Shown here: positions 17,420 through 25,713 of the stretch, one piece after another
Numbering within the stretch: the stretch's first letter is position 1
Layout of the letters: the number at the start of each line of letters is the position of its first letter
Assembly: GCA_031261085.1 (NCBI GenBank)
Contig: JAISKB010000018.1
Span: 14,409 to 78,408, forward strand
Direction of reading: 5' to 3'
From: Christensenellaceae bacterium
GTDB taxonomy: Bacteria > Bacillota > Clostridia > Christensenellales > CAG-138
Length of the DNA stretch: 64,000 bases
Notes under the pieces: model-generated
Told to the model about the DNA's origin: nothing
The model's input: the letters and a program-made list of their open reading frames with translations, nothing else
The model's database searches: none
Made by a program: the position numbers and the translations under genes

Positions 17420-19945
17420 ATGGATACGATTCGCGGCTCGCTGGGCGAACTCGCGCCGGGGCAAAGCGGATATGTTTATGCGGTGGATACCGCCGATTCA
17501 CGCGTCCGCGGCCGCATTGTGGATATGGGCATCACGCCGGGCATTGAGGTTACGCTCGTGAAGGCGGCGCCTATGGGCGACCCCATCGAGGTATCGCTTC
17601 GGGGGTACTCGCTTTCGCTGCGCCGCGCCGACGCCCTGCATATCACGCTGATGAGCGGGGCCGAGCAGGAGGAATATCTGCGCAAGCGGCAGGCGGCGCA
17701 GGGCGAGCACGCACGCAGCGCCCGCGCGCAGCTGAGCCATGCGCGGGATACCGACGCCGCGGGGCACCGGCAGGCGGCCAGGCTAACCGCCATATTCGAA
17801 ACCCGCCGGGCAAACCGCCCCTTGCGCCCCCTGCCGAATGATGACGATGCGCCGGTGAAGCTGGCGCTGGTGGGCAACCCCAACTGCGGTAAAACCACGC
17901 TGTTTAACGCCATGACGGGCGGGCACGAGTATGTGGGCAACTGGCCCGGCGTCACGGTCGAAAAGAAAGAGGGCCGGGTGAAGCAGCCCAACCGGGGCAC
18001 GGTGGGGCAGCCTGCCCTATATACGCACGGGCATGAGATGACGCTGGTGGATTTGCCCGGCATCTACTCGCTGTCGCCGCACTCCATGGAGGAGATCATC
18101 GCGCGGCGCTTCATCGTGGATGAAAAGCCGGACGCCGTTATCAACATCGTGGATGGAACCAATCTGGAGCGCAACCTATACCTGACCGTGCAGCTGCTGG
18201 AGCTGGAACGGCCCATGATTATCGCGCTCAACATGATGGATGAGGTAAAAAAGAACGGCGATCAAATCGACATACAGCGGCTTTCGCTGGAGCTTGGCAT
18301 ACCCGTCATCCCGATTTCGGCGCGCACCGGCATGGGGGTGGATTTGCTCATCGAGCAGGCGCAAAAGCTGATTCACGCCATACATGTGCAGATGCACGAG
18401 GGCTTCAACATCGAGCCGGATGACGTATACGACGACTATACCCACGCGGCGCATCACCGCATAGGCGAGGTGGCGGAGCAATATGCGGCGAAAGCGGGGC
18501 TGCCGCTGCACTGGGCGGAGATTAAGCTGCTGGAGGGGGACCCGCTGCTTAAAGAGCGGCTGCACATGCCGCCGGAGGCGCAGGCGAAAATAGACGCCAT
18601 CGCAAGGGAATATGCTTCGGCCAACCCCTTGGGCGATAACGAAACCATGGTGGCGGATAGCCGCTATCAATATGTGGGGCGGGTGTGCGAGGCGGCGCTG
18701 CGCCGGGCGCGCGGGCAGGGCGAAGGCTCCCCTTCCAATAAAATCGACGCGGTGCTTACGAATAAGGTTTTGGCGATTCCGATTTTTATCGGTATCATGC
18801 TGTTGATATTTTCGCTCACGTTTTCTACGGTAGGCGCGTGGCTGAGCAATATGGTGAGCGTGCTGATATGGGATTTGCTCATACCCTATGTGCGCGCGGC
18901 GTTGGAGCGGGTGGACGCGTTTGCCTGGCTTACCAGCCTGGTTTGCGATGGCATACTCACCGGCGTGGGCGGCGTGCTCACGTTTTTGCCGCAGATTGCC
19001 ATACTGTTCTTCTGCCTATCCCTGCTGGAGGATAGCGGGTATATGAGCCGCATCGCCTTCATTATGGATAAGCCGATGCGCCGCTTTGGCTTAAGCGGCA
19101 AAAGCTTCATACCGCTTTTGATGGGGTTTGGCTGCACGGTGCCCGCCGCCATGGGCGCGCGCACCATGGATAACGAAAAGGATAAGCGCATGACCATATT
19201 GCTGCTGCCCTTTATGAGCTGCTCGGCCAAGCTGCCGGTATATGGGCTGATTGCGGGCGCGTTTTTTTCAAAGGGCAGGGGGCTTATTATACTAAGCCTG
19301 TATGCTTTGGGCATATTGATGGGCATCGCCTCGGGGCTGCTGTTTAAAAAGAAGCTGTTCGCCGGGCAGGATGCTCCCTTTGTTATAGAACTGCCGCCTT
19401 ACCGCGTGCCCACGGCGCGCAATACGTTCACGCATGTGTGGGAGCGGGTGCGCCACTTTTTGCAGCGGGCGGGCACGGTGATATTTGCCGTGAGCGTGCT
19501 GCTGTGGTTTTTGCAGAGCTTCGATTTTAGGCTGGCGCTAACACAGGATGCCGCCCGCAGCATATTGGGCACGCTGGGCGGCGTGGTTGCCCCGCTGTTT
19601 ACGCCGCTGGGCTTTGGCACCTGGCAGGCGGCGGTGGCGTTGCTGACCGGCATCGCGGCCAAGGAGGCGGTGGTGAGCAGCCTGGCCATGTTTTATGGGT
19701 TTTCGCTCTCGGCGCAAAACGGGGCCATCGCCGCGGCGCTTTCCACCACGTTTACACCGCGCGCGGCCTATGCCTTTTTGGTGTTCGTATTGCTGTATAC
19801 GCCTTGCCTGGCGGCGGTAACCACCATGCACCGCGAGCTCAACAGCGGAAAGTGGACCGTTTTTGCCATCGTATATCAAATCGTGGTGGCGTATTTGGTG
19901 TCCTTTGCCGTATATATGATTTTGGGATTATTTCTTACGCATTGA
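17420..19945 (+). CDS. feoB: ferrous iron transporter FeoB with fused N-terminal FeoA domain
   Basis: A FeoA-like SH3 domain occupies roughly residues 1-80. A low-complexity linker of about 70 aa follows, then the G domain (LVGNPNCGKTTLFNAMTG) and a polytopic permease. Confidence 0.92.
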   Translation: MDTIRGSLGELAPGQSGYVYAVDTADSRVRGRIVDMGITPGIEVTLVKAAPMGDPIEVSLRGYSLSLRRADALHITLMSGAEQEEYLRKRQAAQGEHARSARAQLSHARDTDAAGHRQAARLTAIFETRRANRPLRPLPNDDDAPVKLALVGNPNCGKTTLFNAMTGGHEYVGNWPGVTVEKKEGRVKQPNRGTVGQPALYTHGHEMTLVDLPGIYSLSPHSMEEIIARRFIVDEKPDAVINIVDGTNLERNLYLTVQLLELERPMIIALNMMDEVKKNGDQIDIQRLSLELGIPVIPISARTGMGVDLLIEQAQKLIHAIHVQMHEGFNIEPDDVYDDYTHAAHHRIGEVAEQYAAKAGLPLHWAEIKLLEGDPLLKERLHMPPEAQAKIDAIAREYASANPLGDNETMVADSRYQYVGRVCEAALRRARGQGEGSPSNKIDAVLTNKVLAIPIFIGIMLLIFSLTFSTVGAWLSNMVSVLIWDLLIPYVRAALERVDAFAWLTSLVCDGILTGVGGVLTFLPQIAILFFCLSLLEDSGYMSRIAFIMDKPMRRFGLSGKSFIPLLMGFGCTVPAAMGARTMDNEKDKRMTILLLPFMSCSAKLPVYGLIAGAFFSKGRGLIILSLYALGILMGIASGLLFKKKLFAGQDAPFVIELPPYRVPTARNTFTHVWERVRHFLQRAGTVIFAVSVLLWFLQSFDFRLALTQDAARSILGTLGGVVAPLFTPLGFGTWQAAVALLTGIAAKEAVVSSLAMFYGFSLSAQNGAIAAALSTTFTPRAAYAFLVFVLLYTPCLAAVTTMHRELNSGKWTVFAIVYQIVVAYLVSFAVYMILGLFLTH

Positions 19946-20059
19946 TTTGCGGTTGGTTTGTTTTCTAATCGCAATCTGTGGTATAATCTTAGTTAAAGAA
20001 ACGAGTGCGCCGCAGTGTGGCTTAAGCACGGTAAAGGCGGCGCGGGAAGGGGAAGGATT

Positions 20060-20593
20060 ATGCGAATTTCCATCACCGGCAAAAACATTGAGATTTCGGA
20101 TTACCTCGAAGACCTCGTCGTTAAGAAGGTAGCCAAACTCGACAAGTATTTCCCCGAGGATACCGAGGCGCATGTGACGCTGGCGGTTGAGCGCAGCCGC
20201 CATATCGTCGAAGTGACGATTCCCTACAGTGGCGGCATCATTCGCGGCGAAGTGGTTTCCGGCGACATGTACGCATCGGTGGATAGCGTGCTTGCGAAGC
20301 TTGAGCGCCAAATCGTCAAGCACCGTACCAAGCTCGAAAAGAACCTGCGGCAGGGTGCGTTTAAGGGCGGGGAGCCCGTGTATGCCCCCATCGACGACGA
20401 CGCGGAAGAAACGCGCGAGGTCGTGCGCGTAAAGCGGTTTGCCATGAAGCCCATGAGCGTGGATGAGGCCATACTGCAGCTGGAGCTGCTGGGGCATTCG
20501 TTCTATGTGTTCGAAAATGCCGAAAATGGCAGCGTGAATGTGCTCTATCAGCGCAATGATGGGAACTATGGCTTGATTGCGCCTGAAAGATAA
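20060..20593 (+). CDS. hpf: ribosome hibernation-promoting factor (long HPF)
   Basis: MRISITGKNIEISDYL... N-terminal domain plus the C-terminal dimerisation domain (KRFAMKPMSVDEAILQLELLGHSFYVF). Purine-rich RBS. Confidence 0.92.
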   Translation: MRISITGKNIEISDYLEDLVVKKVAKLDKYFPEDTEAHVTLAVERSRHIVEVTIPYSGGIIRGEVVSGDMYASVDSVLAKLERQIVKHRTKLEKNLRQGAFKGGEPVYAPIDDDAEETREVVRVKRFAMKPMSVDEAILQLELLGHSFYVFENAENGSVNVLYQRNDGNYGLIAPER

Positions 20594-20642
20594 ACAGGTT
20601 CGCCTAAATTGGCGTAGGATATGGCATAATAGTTTGATAAAG

Positions 20643-20667
20643 GCGCACCCTGTTGGGTGCGCTTTTT
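20643..20667 (+). terminator. rho-independent terminator after hpf
   Basis: GCGCACCC-tgtt-GGGTGCGC stem followed by TTTTT. Confidence 0.85.
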
Positions 20668-20698
20668 GTATGGAGGGCTGCTGTGTAAGATGTTGCGC

Positions 20699-20820
20699 CC
20701 ACCCCCTGCCCCCTCTCCCGGGAGAAGGAAAAGGATTAAAGAGTTTGTACTCGGGGACAGACGTCCCCGAGGAACGTTCTTCCCAAAAGCTCCTGTTCTC
20801 TTGGAGGGGGGAAGGGGTGG
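20699..20820. repeat. ~120-bp C/G-tract element bounded by 17-nt imperfect inverted repeats
   Basis: The left arm CCACCCCCTGCCCCCTC (20699-20715) matches the reverse complement of 20804-20820 (CCACCCCTTCCCCCCTC) at 15/17. The centre holds a perfect 9-bp hairpin, CTCGGGGAC-agac-GTCCCCGAG (20750-20771). The element lies between the two convergent terminators. Confidence 0.55.
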
Positions 20821-20839
20821 AGAAATCCTCACCCCACGC

Positions 20840-20870
20840 AAAAAGCGGCATGCCATAACAGCACGCCGCT
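20840..20870 (-). terminator. rho-independent terminator after hup
   Basis: The minus strand reads AGCGGCGUGC-loop-GCAUGCCGCU (10 bp including one G-U) followed by a U run. The G-U is a mismatch on the plus strand, which supports minus orientation. Confidence 0.75.
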
Positions 20871-20893
20871 TATTTTTGCTTGTAAACAGTCGT

Positions 20894-21166
20894 TTAGTTG
20901 AGCGCTTCTTTGAACGCCTTGCCCGCTTTAAACGCAGGGGCTTTGCTGGCCGCGATCTCGATTTCGGCGCCGGTCATGGGGTTGTGACCCTTGTGCGCAG
21001 GACGCTCACGGACTTCAAACAGACCGAAACCAACCAGCTGTACCTTATCGCCGGATTTCAGCGTATCGGTAATGGTGGAAAGTACGGCGGAAACGGCCTT
21101 TTCGGCATCTTTCTTGGAAAGAGTGCTTTTTTCAGCCACAGCGGCGATTAACTCAGTTTTGTTCAT
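20894..21166 (-). CDS. hup: DNA-binding protein HU
   Basis: 90 aa reading [13 protein letters not shown]...[26 protein letters not shown], the canonical HU/IHF fold sequence. Confidence 0.96.
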   Translation of the reverse strand: MNKTELIAAVAEKSTLSKKDAEKAVSAVLSTITDTLKSGDKVQLVGFGLFEVRERPAHKGHNPMTGAEIEIAASKAPAFKAGKAFKEALN

Positions 21167-21209
21167 GAATCGTTCCTCCTATTTTGTTTCTTACAATTTA
21201 GCCTTGTTT

Positions 21210-21238
21210 ATTGTATCAGGGTTTATTGCGAAGGGCAA
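21210..21238 (-). promoter_or_regulatory. sigma-A-type promoter of hup
   Basis: The minus strand reads TTGCCC, 17-nt spacer, TACAAT, with a TG extension (cccTGaTACAAT). Confidence 0.55.
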
Positions 21239-21260
21239 GCCCCTTTTTTGCTTATTTTGC

Positions 21261-22694
21261 TTATTTTTGCTTGATTTTATTCCAATATTGATCCATTTCG
21301 GACAAGGTCATACCTTCCATGCTCCCACGCTCCTGCAGTATGCGCTCTTCCATGCGCGAAAAACGCCGCATAAACTTATCGGTAGCCGCATGCAGCATCG
21401 CCTCCGGGTCCCTTTTTAGCAGCCGCGCCACGTTGACCGCCGCAAAAAGGAGGTCTCCCAATTCCTCATCCACATGCGCGGCATCCGTGCCGGCCATGGC
21501 CTCCTGCAGCTCCTGCGCTTCTTCATATAGCTTTTCGAGGGCGCCCTCCGCCTTATCCCAATCGAACCCGATATGCGCCGCCTTTTTTTGTACCTTGGCG
21601 CTGCGCATCAGCGCCGGGAAAGCGCGGGGCACGGCCTGCATGGCCTCCGACGTGGTGTGCTGCCGCTTCTCCTTGCGCTTGAGCTGTTCCCAATTGGCCA
21701 GTACCTCGCCGCTGTTTTGCACCTGCGTGCCGCCAAACACATGCGGGTGCCGGTATATCAGCTTTTGCACGAGGCCGGTCGTAACATCCCGCAGGGTGAA
21801 CGCCGCCTGCTCCTCGGCAATGACGCTGTGCAGCGCCACCTGCAGCAGCAGGTCGCCAAGCTCCTCGCACAGCGCCTCGTCGTCCTCCCGTTCGATGGCG
21901 TCCAGCACCTCATACGCTTCCTCAATCAGTGGGCCGCGCAGGCTCAAGTGCGTCTGCTCGGCATCCCAGGGGCAGCCGCCCGGCGCGCGCAGCCGCTCCA
22001 GCACCCGCATCAGCTCCTGCACGCCCTGCCGCGGCAGCTCTTCCGCCTGCGCGGGGCCCAGTATGGCGCAGCAGGCCGCGTCATATGCGGGCTGCCGGTC
22101 TAGCTCGCATACGGATATGCGCTTTGCCGCATACCCGGCCTTGCCCAAGGCGCAAAACCACACGGGGTATGCGTCGCCATAATATTCCGCCAGCGCCAGC
22201 TTTACATCCCCGGCCAGCAGCGCGCCGGCAACCTCTTCTATACAAAGCGTGTGGTAGGGGTCGATTTGCGCGGGCAGGCTGCCCGCGGTGCAAACGGTAT
22301 AACGGTCTAACGATACCGGCTCGGGCAGCGCGCAAAGCGCGGCCTGCGCATACCCCGGCGCGGGAAGCGTCAGCACTTGCAGGCCCGCCGCCTCCGCCGC
22401 GCGCAGCAATGCGCCAAAGGCGGCGTCGCCCATGCGCCCGCACACGGCATATACGGCATCGCCCGCCGCCTGCGTCAGCCGTGCCGCAACGGCCCGGTTG
22501 AGCGCGTCGAAATCCTCACTTTGATCGTATAGGTCATCCATCGAGGTGTAGGCTATACCCTCTTTTTTTAGCCAAGCCGCGCAAAGGCTCTGCTCCGTCT
22601 GTAAAAACACATGCGCCGCGCCCAGTATGGCGGCCCTTGCCGCCGCCGTGGTGTTGCCCGGCGTGCCCAGCGGCGCGATGGTGATCGCTTTCAT
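21261..22694 (-). CDS. YabN-type fusion: tetrapyrrole-methylase-like domain + MazG nucleoside triphosphate pyrophosphohydrolase
   Basis: The C-terminal tandem MazG repeats are visible (EEAYEVLDAIE...LGDLLLQV and EEAQELQEAMA...ELGDLLFAAVNVARL). The N-terminal half is YabN-like. The start at 22694 overlaps the ispDF stop. Confidence 0.85.
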   Translation of the reverse strand: MKAITIAPLGTPGNTTAAARAAILGAAHVFLQTEQSLCAAWLKKEGIAYTSMDDLYDQSEDFDALNRAVAARLTQAAGDAVYAVCGRMGDAAFGALLRAAEAAGLQVLTLPAPGYAQAALCALPEPVSLDRYTVCTAGSLPAQIDPYHTLCIEEVAGALLAGDVKLALAEYYGDAYPVWFCALGKAGYAAKRISVCELDRQPAYDAACCAILGPAQAEELPRQGVQELMRVLERLRAPGGCPWDAEQTHLSLRGPLIEEAYEVLDAIEREDDEALCEELGDLLLQVALHSVIAEEQAAFTLRDVTTGLVQKLIYRHPHVFGGTQVQNSGEVLANWEQLKRKEKRQHTTSEAMQAVPRAFPALMRSAKVQKKAAHIGFDWDKAEGALEKLYEEAQELQEAMAGTDAAHVDEELGDLLFAAVNVARLLKRDPEAMLHAATDKFMRRFSRMEERILQERGSMEGMTLSEMDQYWNKIKQK

Positions 22695-23812
22695 AGCAAG
22701 TTCTCCTCTATGGCGCATACGCAGCGCGCGGTGATGCATTCGAGCCGGCCTTCCTTGCCGCAGCCTTCGGTGGTGGTGGCCTGTATGTTCACGCGGCCCG
22801 CCTCTATGCCCAGCGCGTCCGCAATCCGCTTGCACATATCCGGCATATAAGCGGCCAGCCTGGGTTTTTGTGCGATGATGGTGGCTGAAATGTTCCCTAT
22901 GCCATAGCCTTTTTCCCGCAGCAGCGTCCCCACGCGCGCAAGCAGCTTTAGCGAGCAGATGTCCTTGTATTGTATGTCCGTATCCGGGAAATGCCGGCCG
23001 ATATCCCCCAGCGCCGCCGCGCCCAGCAGCGCGTCCATCACCGCGTGGGTCAGCGCATCGGCATCGGAATGGCCCAGCAGCCCCAGCTCAAACGGGATGT
23101 CCACACCGCCCAGTATCAGCTTGCGGCCCTGCACCAGCCGGTGCGTATCCTCTCCATACCCCATGCGCATAGGCGCGCTCCCTTTCAATATCGCTTCAAA
23201 CAGCGGAATATCCTCTGGCGCAGTCAGCTTGATGTTGCGCGGGCTGCCCCCGGTAAAATGCACCGAACCCCAATGGCGGGCATACAGCGCCGCGTCGTCG
23301 GTGGCAGAGATGCCCTCTGCCCGCGCCGATTCATAAGCGGCCAATATGCGCGCGCGGTTAAACGCCTGCGGCGTTTGCGTGAGGTAAAGCGCATCGCGAT
23401 TTAGCGGCGCGTCACCCTGCCATACGGTATCCGCAGGGCGCAGCGCGGCCACGCCGCTGCCGTTTGCCCCCGCTCCCGCAATGCTGGCCCGTATCACCGC
23501 CCCTGGCACCAGGCAGCGCGCCGCGTCGTGTATCACGACAATATCGCCCTGCGCCATAGAGAGCGCCTTATAAACGGATTCCCCCCGCGTTTGCCCGCCC
23601 TCTATCACCATGGCGCCGCCCTGCGCCGCAAGCCGCTCGGCCTGAGCGCGGGTGGCGTCGCAAACCGCAATGACGATATCCGCGATGCCGGCGCTTTTTA
23701 GCGCCATAAACGAGCGTTCCAGCGCGGTATGGCCGCATAGCGGGAGCGTGAGCTTAGGGTGCCCCATGCGGCTGGAGGCGCCGGCCGCCAGCAATATGCC
23801 CGTGACCCGCAT
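22691..23812 (-). CDS. ispDF: bifunctional IspD/IspF (MEP cytidylyltransferase / MEcPP synthase)
   Basis: The N-terminus carries GILLAAGASSRMG (IspD). The C-terminus carries MRMGYGEDTHRL...GHSDADALTHAVMDALLGA (IspF). It is a single ORF, and the internal ATG at 23812 lies 2 nt from the S4 gene stop. Confidence 0.9.
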   Translation of the reverse strand: MRVTGILLAAGASSRMGHPKLTLPLCGHTALERSFMALKSAGIADIVIAVCDATRAQAERLAAQGGAMVIEGGQTRGESVYKALSMAQGDIVVIHDAARCLVPGAVIRASIAGAGANGSGVAALRPADTVWQGDAPLNRDALYLTQTPQAFNRARILAAYESARAEGISATDDAALYARHWGSVHFTGGSPRNIKLTAPEDIPLFEAILKGSAPMRMGYGEDTHRLVQGRKLILGGVDIPFELGLLGHSDADALTHAVMDALLGAAALGDIGRHFPDTDIQYKDICSLKLLARVGTLLREKGYGIGNISATIIAQKPRLAAYMPDMCKRIADALGIEAGRVNIQATTTEGCGKEGRLECITARCVCAIEENLL

Positions 23813-23813
23813 G

Positions 23814-24065
23814 TTATTGCGCCCCGCCGAGCATTTCGTACATGCCGGTGGCATCCGCCTTAAGCGCGTGCTCCTGCGTGGATAGCACCCGCACGCGCAC
23901 ATGTGTGCCGCCCAGCAGTATGTCCAGCTCATCGCCCGGCTTCACCTCGCTCGAGGGCTTGGCCACCTTCCCGCCGATCATCACGCGGCCCCGGTCGCAG
24001 GCCTCGTTGGCCACCGTTCGCCGCTTGATAATGCGGGATACCTTTAAAAATTTATCCAGCCGCAT
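23814..24065 (-). CDS. S4-domain RNA-binding protein (YabO/Hsp15-like)
   Basis: MRLDKFLKVSRIIKRRTVANEACDRGRV... is a classic S4 motif. GAGGAG RBS. The ORF-track N-terminal extension was rejected. Confidence 0.85.
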   Translation of the reverse strand: MRLDKFLKVSRIIKRRTVANEACDRGRVMIGGKVAKPSSEVKPGDELDILLGGTHVRVRVLSTQEHALKADATGMYEMLGGAQ

Positions 24066-24176
24066 GGTTTCTCCTCGGTTTGCAGTTTTATTTATCATAG
24101 CACAAAATGGGGGATATTTATATTGCGATTTCGAGATATGCGCGCGGGGGAGGGGGATAGATGGGCGGCCAAGGGC

Positions 24177-24206
24177 AAAAAATACCCTCTCCTTACGAAG
24201 AGGGTA
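24177..24206 (-). terminator. rho-independent terminator after the PrsA-like gene
   Basis: The minus strand reads UACCCUCU-ucguaagg-AGAGGGUA followed by UUUUUU. Confidence 0.8.
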
Positions 24207-24227
24207 TAAATGCAAGGGGATGTTAGC

Positions 24228-25649
24228 TTAGCCTACGGCGTTGTAGTTGTAGCTGCGCACCAAATCCTGATTGATGGTCACGCTGCCGTCGTTGCGCCAG
24301 GTTTCCAGCATGCTTGCCCACTCGGTCTGCTGCAGGTCGCCCAGCAGCAGCTCGCGGATACCCGCGGCAATGCCGGCCATGGGCACCGCGCCGGCAGGCT
24401 CATCGCCCAGGTAGTATAGGATGTGACAGCCTTCGCTATCTTGAACTACCGCGGAATATGCGCCGGGCTTTAGGGCGGCAAACGCCGTTTTCACCTCGGG
24501 AGACCAATCGGTTTCGCTCTCGTAGCTGTTGCTGATGAGCAACCCTTTTTTGGATATCGTCTCGTTGTCTATCATGGCGTTATCCTCGGTATATTCCTTC
24601 ATAATGGCGGCAAAATCGTTGCCCGCCTTCAGCTTTGCATAGGCATCATCGGCCTTGGTGCGCGCGGAGGTGAAGCGCGCGTTCTCCAGCGTTTCCACCT
24701 CGGCCTGCAACGCCTTATATTCCTTTAGTATTTCGCTCAGGCGGGCATCGTTGGCGCCATTGACAGCCGCGTCGAAGGAGAGCTCCTTGTATTCGGACTG
24801 CAGCGCTTCCATAGAGGTAACCTTTTCATCGTATTCGGCGCTGGGGTCATCCTGCGGCAATACGAGTATGTGCAGCACGCGGCTATAGCCCTCGGGCACA
24901 TAGGTTACGGGCGTACCGCCATACAGCTCGAAGGCCTCCTCGTTATCCTTATACGCGCCGCCGCTCTCGGTATAGGCTTGCGTATCCTGCTCGAGCGCAT
25001 CGGCATACCAGGCGGCCAAAGCATCGTCCGTCACGGTGACATCCTGCAGCACCATTTCGCGGAACAGCTCGCCTATTTCGGATTTGATGAAGTTTTCGAG
25101 AATCCATTGTTCAAACTCATCGTAGGACATGGTTTTGCCGGTATAATATTCGCTTTCGGCGGCGACCAGCTCCTTGATGCGGGCTTCCACATCCACCGAG
25201 CTATCCTGTGCGGCTTCGCTTTGCGCCTGCTCGCGGTAGCCTTCCGCAAAGGCGGCAATCTCCCCCGCGGCGGCGGCTTCCACCTCTTTAAGCTGTGCGT
25301 CGGTCAGCGCGGTCAAGCCGCTCTGCCTGGCCTGATAGGCGATGATCTTTTCCTCGGCCAATATGTCGATGATAAAATCCTGAAATTCATTGAGCGACTC
25401 TGTGGACTCGGCTACATTATAGCCATAGGCGGAATAGTAGGAGGCATAGCTGTCGAACATGTCGATGTAGTCGCCCATCGTCACGGTTTCGTCGCCAACG
25501 GTCACCACCGCGGCGTCCCGGTCGTAGCTTTCATTGGGGATTACCGTGGCGGCATCGGTGTTATCGGGTAGCTTCGGCAAAAGCGAGCAGGCCGCCAGTG
25601 CGCTGAGCGCCAGTAAAACCGCGAGGATAAGGGCAATCGTTTTTTTCAT
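24228..25649 (-). CDS. PrsA/SurA-like foldase lipoprotein (degenerate parvulin PPIase domain)
   Basis: Lipoprotein signal MKKTIALILAVLLALSALAAC, a long helical SurA_N-like region, and a parvulin-like C-terminal end (...SEGCHILYY). GGAG RBS at the internal ATG. Confidence 0.65.
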   Translation of the reverse strand: MKKTIALILAVLLALSALAACSLLPKLPDNTDAATVIPNESYDRDAAVVTVGDETVTMGDYIDMFDSYASYYSAYGYNVAESTESLNEFQDFIIDILAEEKIIAYQARQSGLTALTDAQLKEVEAAAAGEIAAFAEGYREQAQSEAAQDSSVDVEARIKELVAAESEYYTGKTMSYDEFEQWILENFIKSEIGELFREMVLQDVTVTDDALAAWYADALEQDTQAYTESGGAYKDNEEAFELYGGTPVTYVPEGYSRVLHILVLPQDDPSAEYDEKVTSMEALQSEYKELSFDAAVNGANDARLSEILKEYKALQAEVETLENARFTSARTKADDAYAKLKAGNDFAAIMKEYTEDNAMIDNETISKKGLLISNSYESETDWSPEVKTAFAALKPGAYSAVVQDSEGCHILYYLGDEPAGAVPMAGIAAGIRELLLGDLQQTEWASMLETWRNDGSVTINQDLVRSYNYNAVG

Positions 25650-25713
25650 AGTATTCTCCAAATCTGAGAGCGCGGCTCTCATTTATTTCGCATTGCATAC
25701 TTTTTTCATTATA

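Noticed and set aside
19928-20851. A 307-aa minus-strand ORF and a 164-aa plus-strand ORF (20657-21151) that run through the hpf-hup spacer element.
   Set aside because: They are antisense to hpf and to hup respectively and cross two terminators. The part inside the spacer reflects C/G-tract composition, not coding potential.
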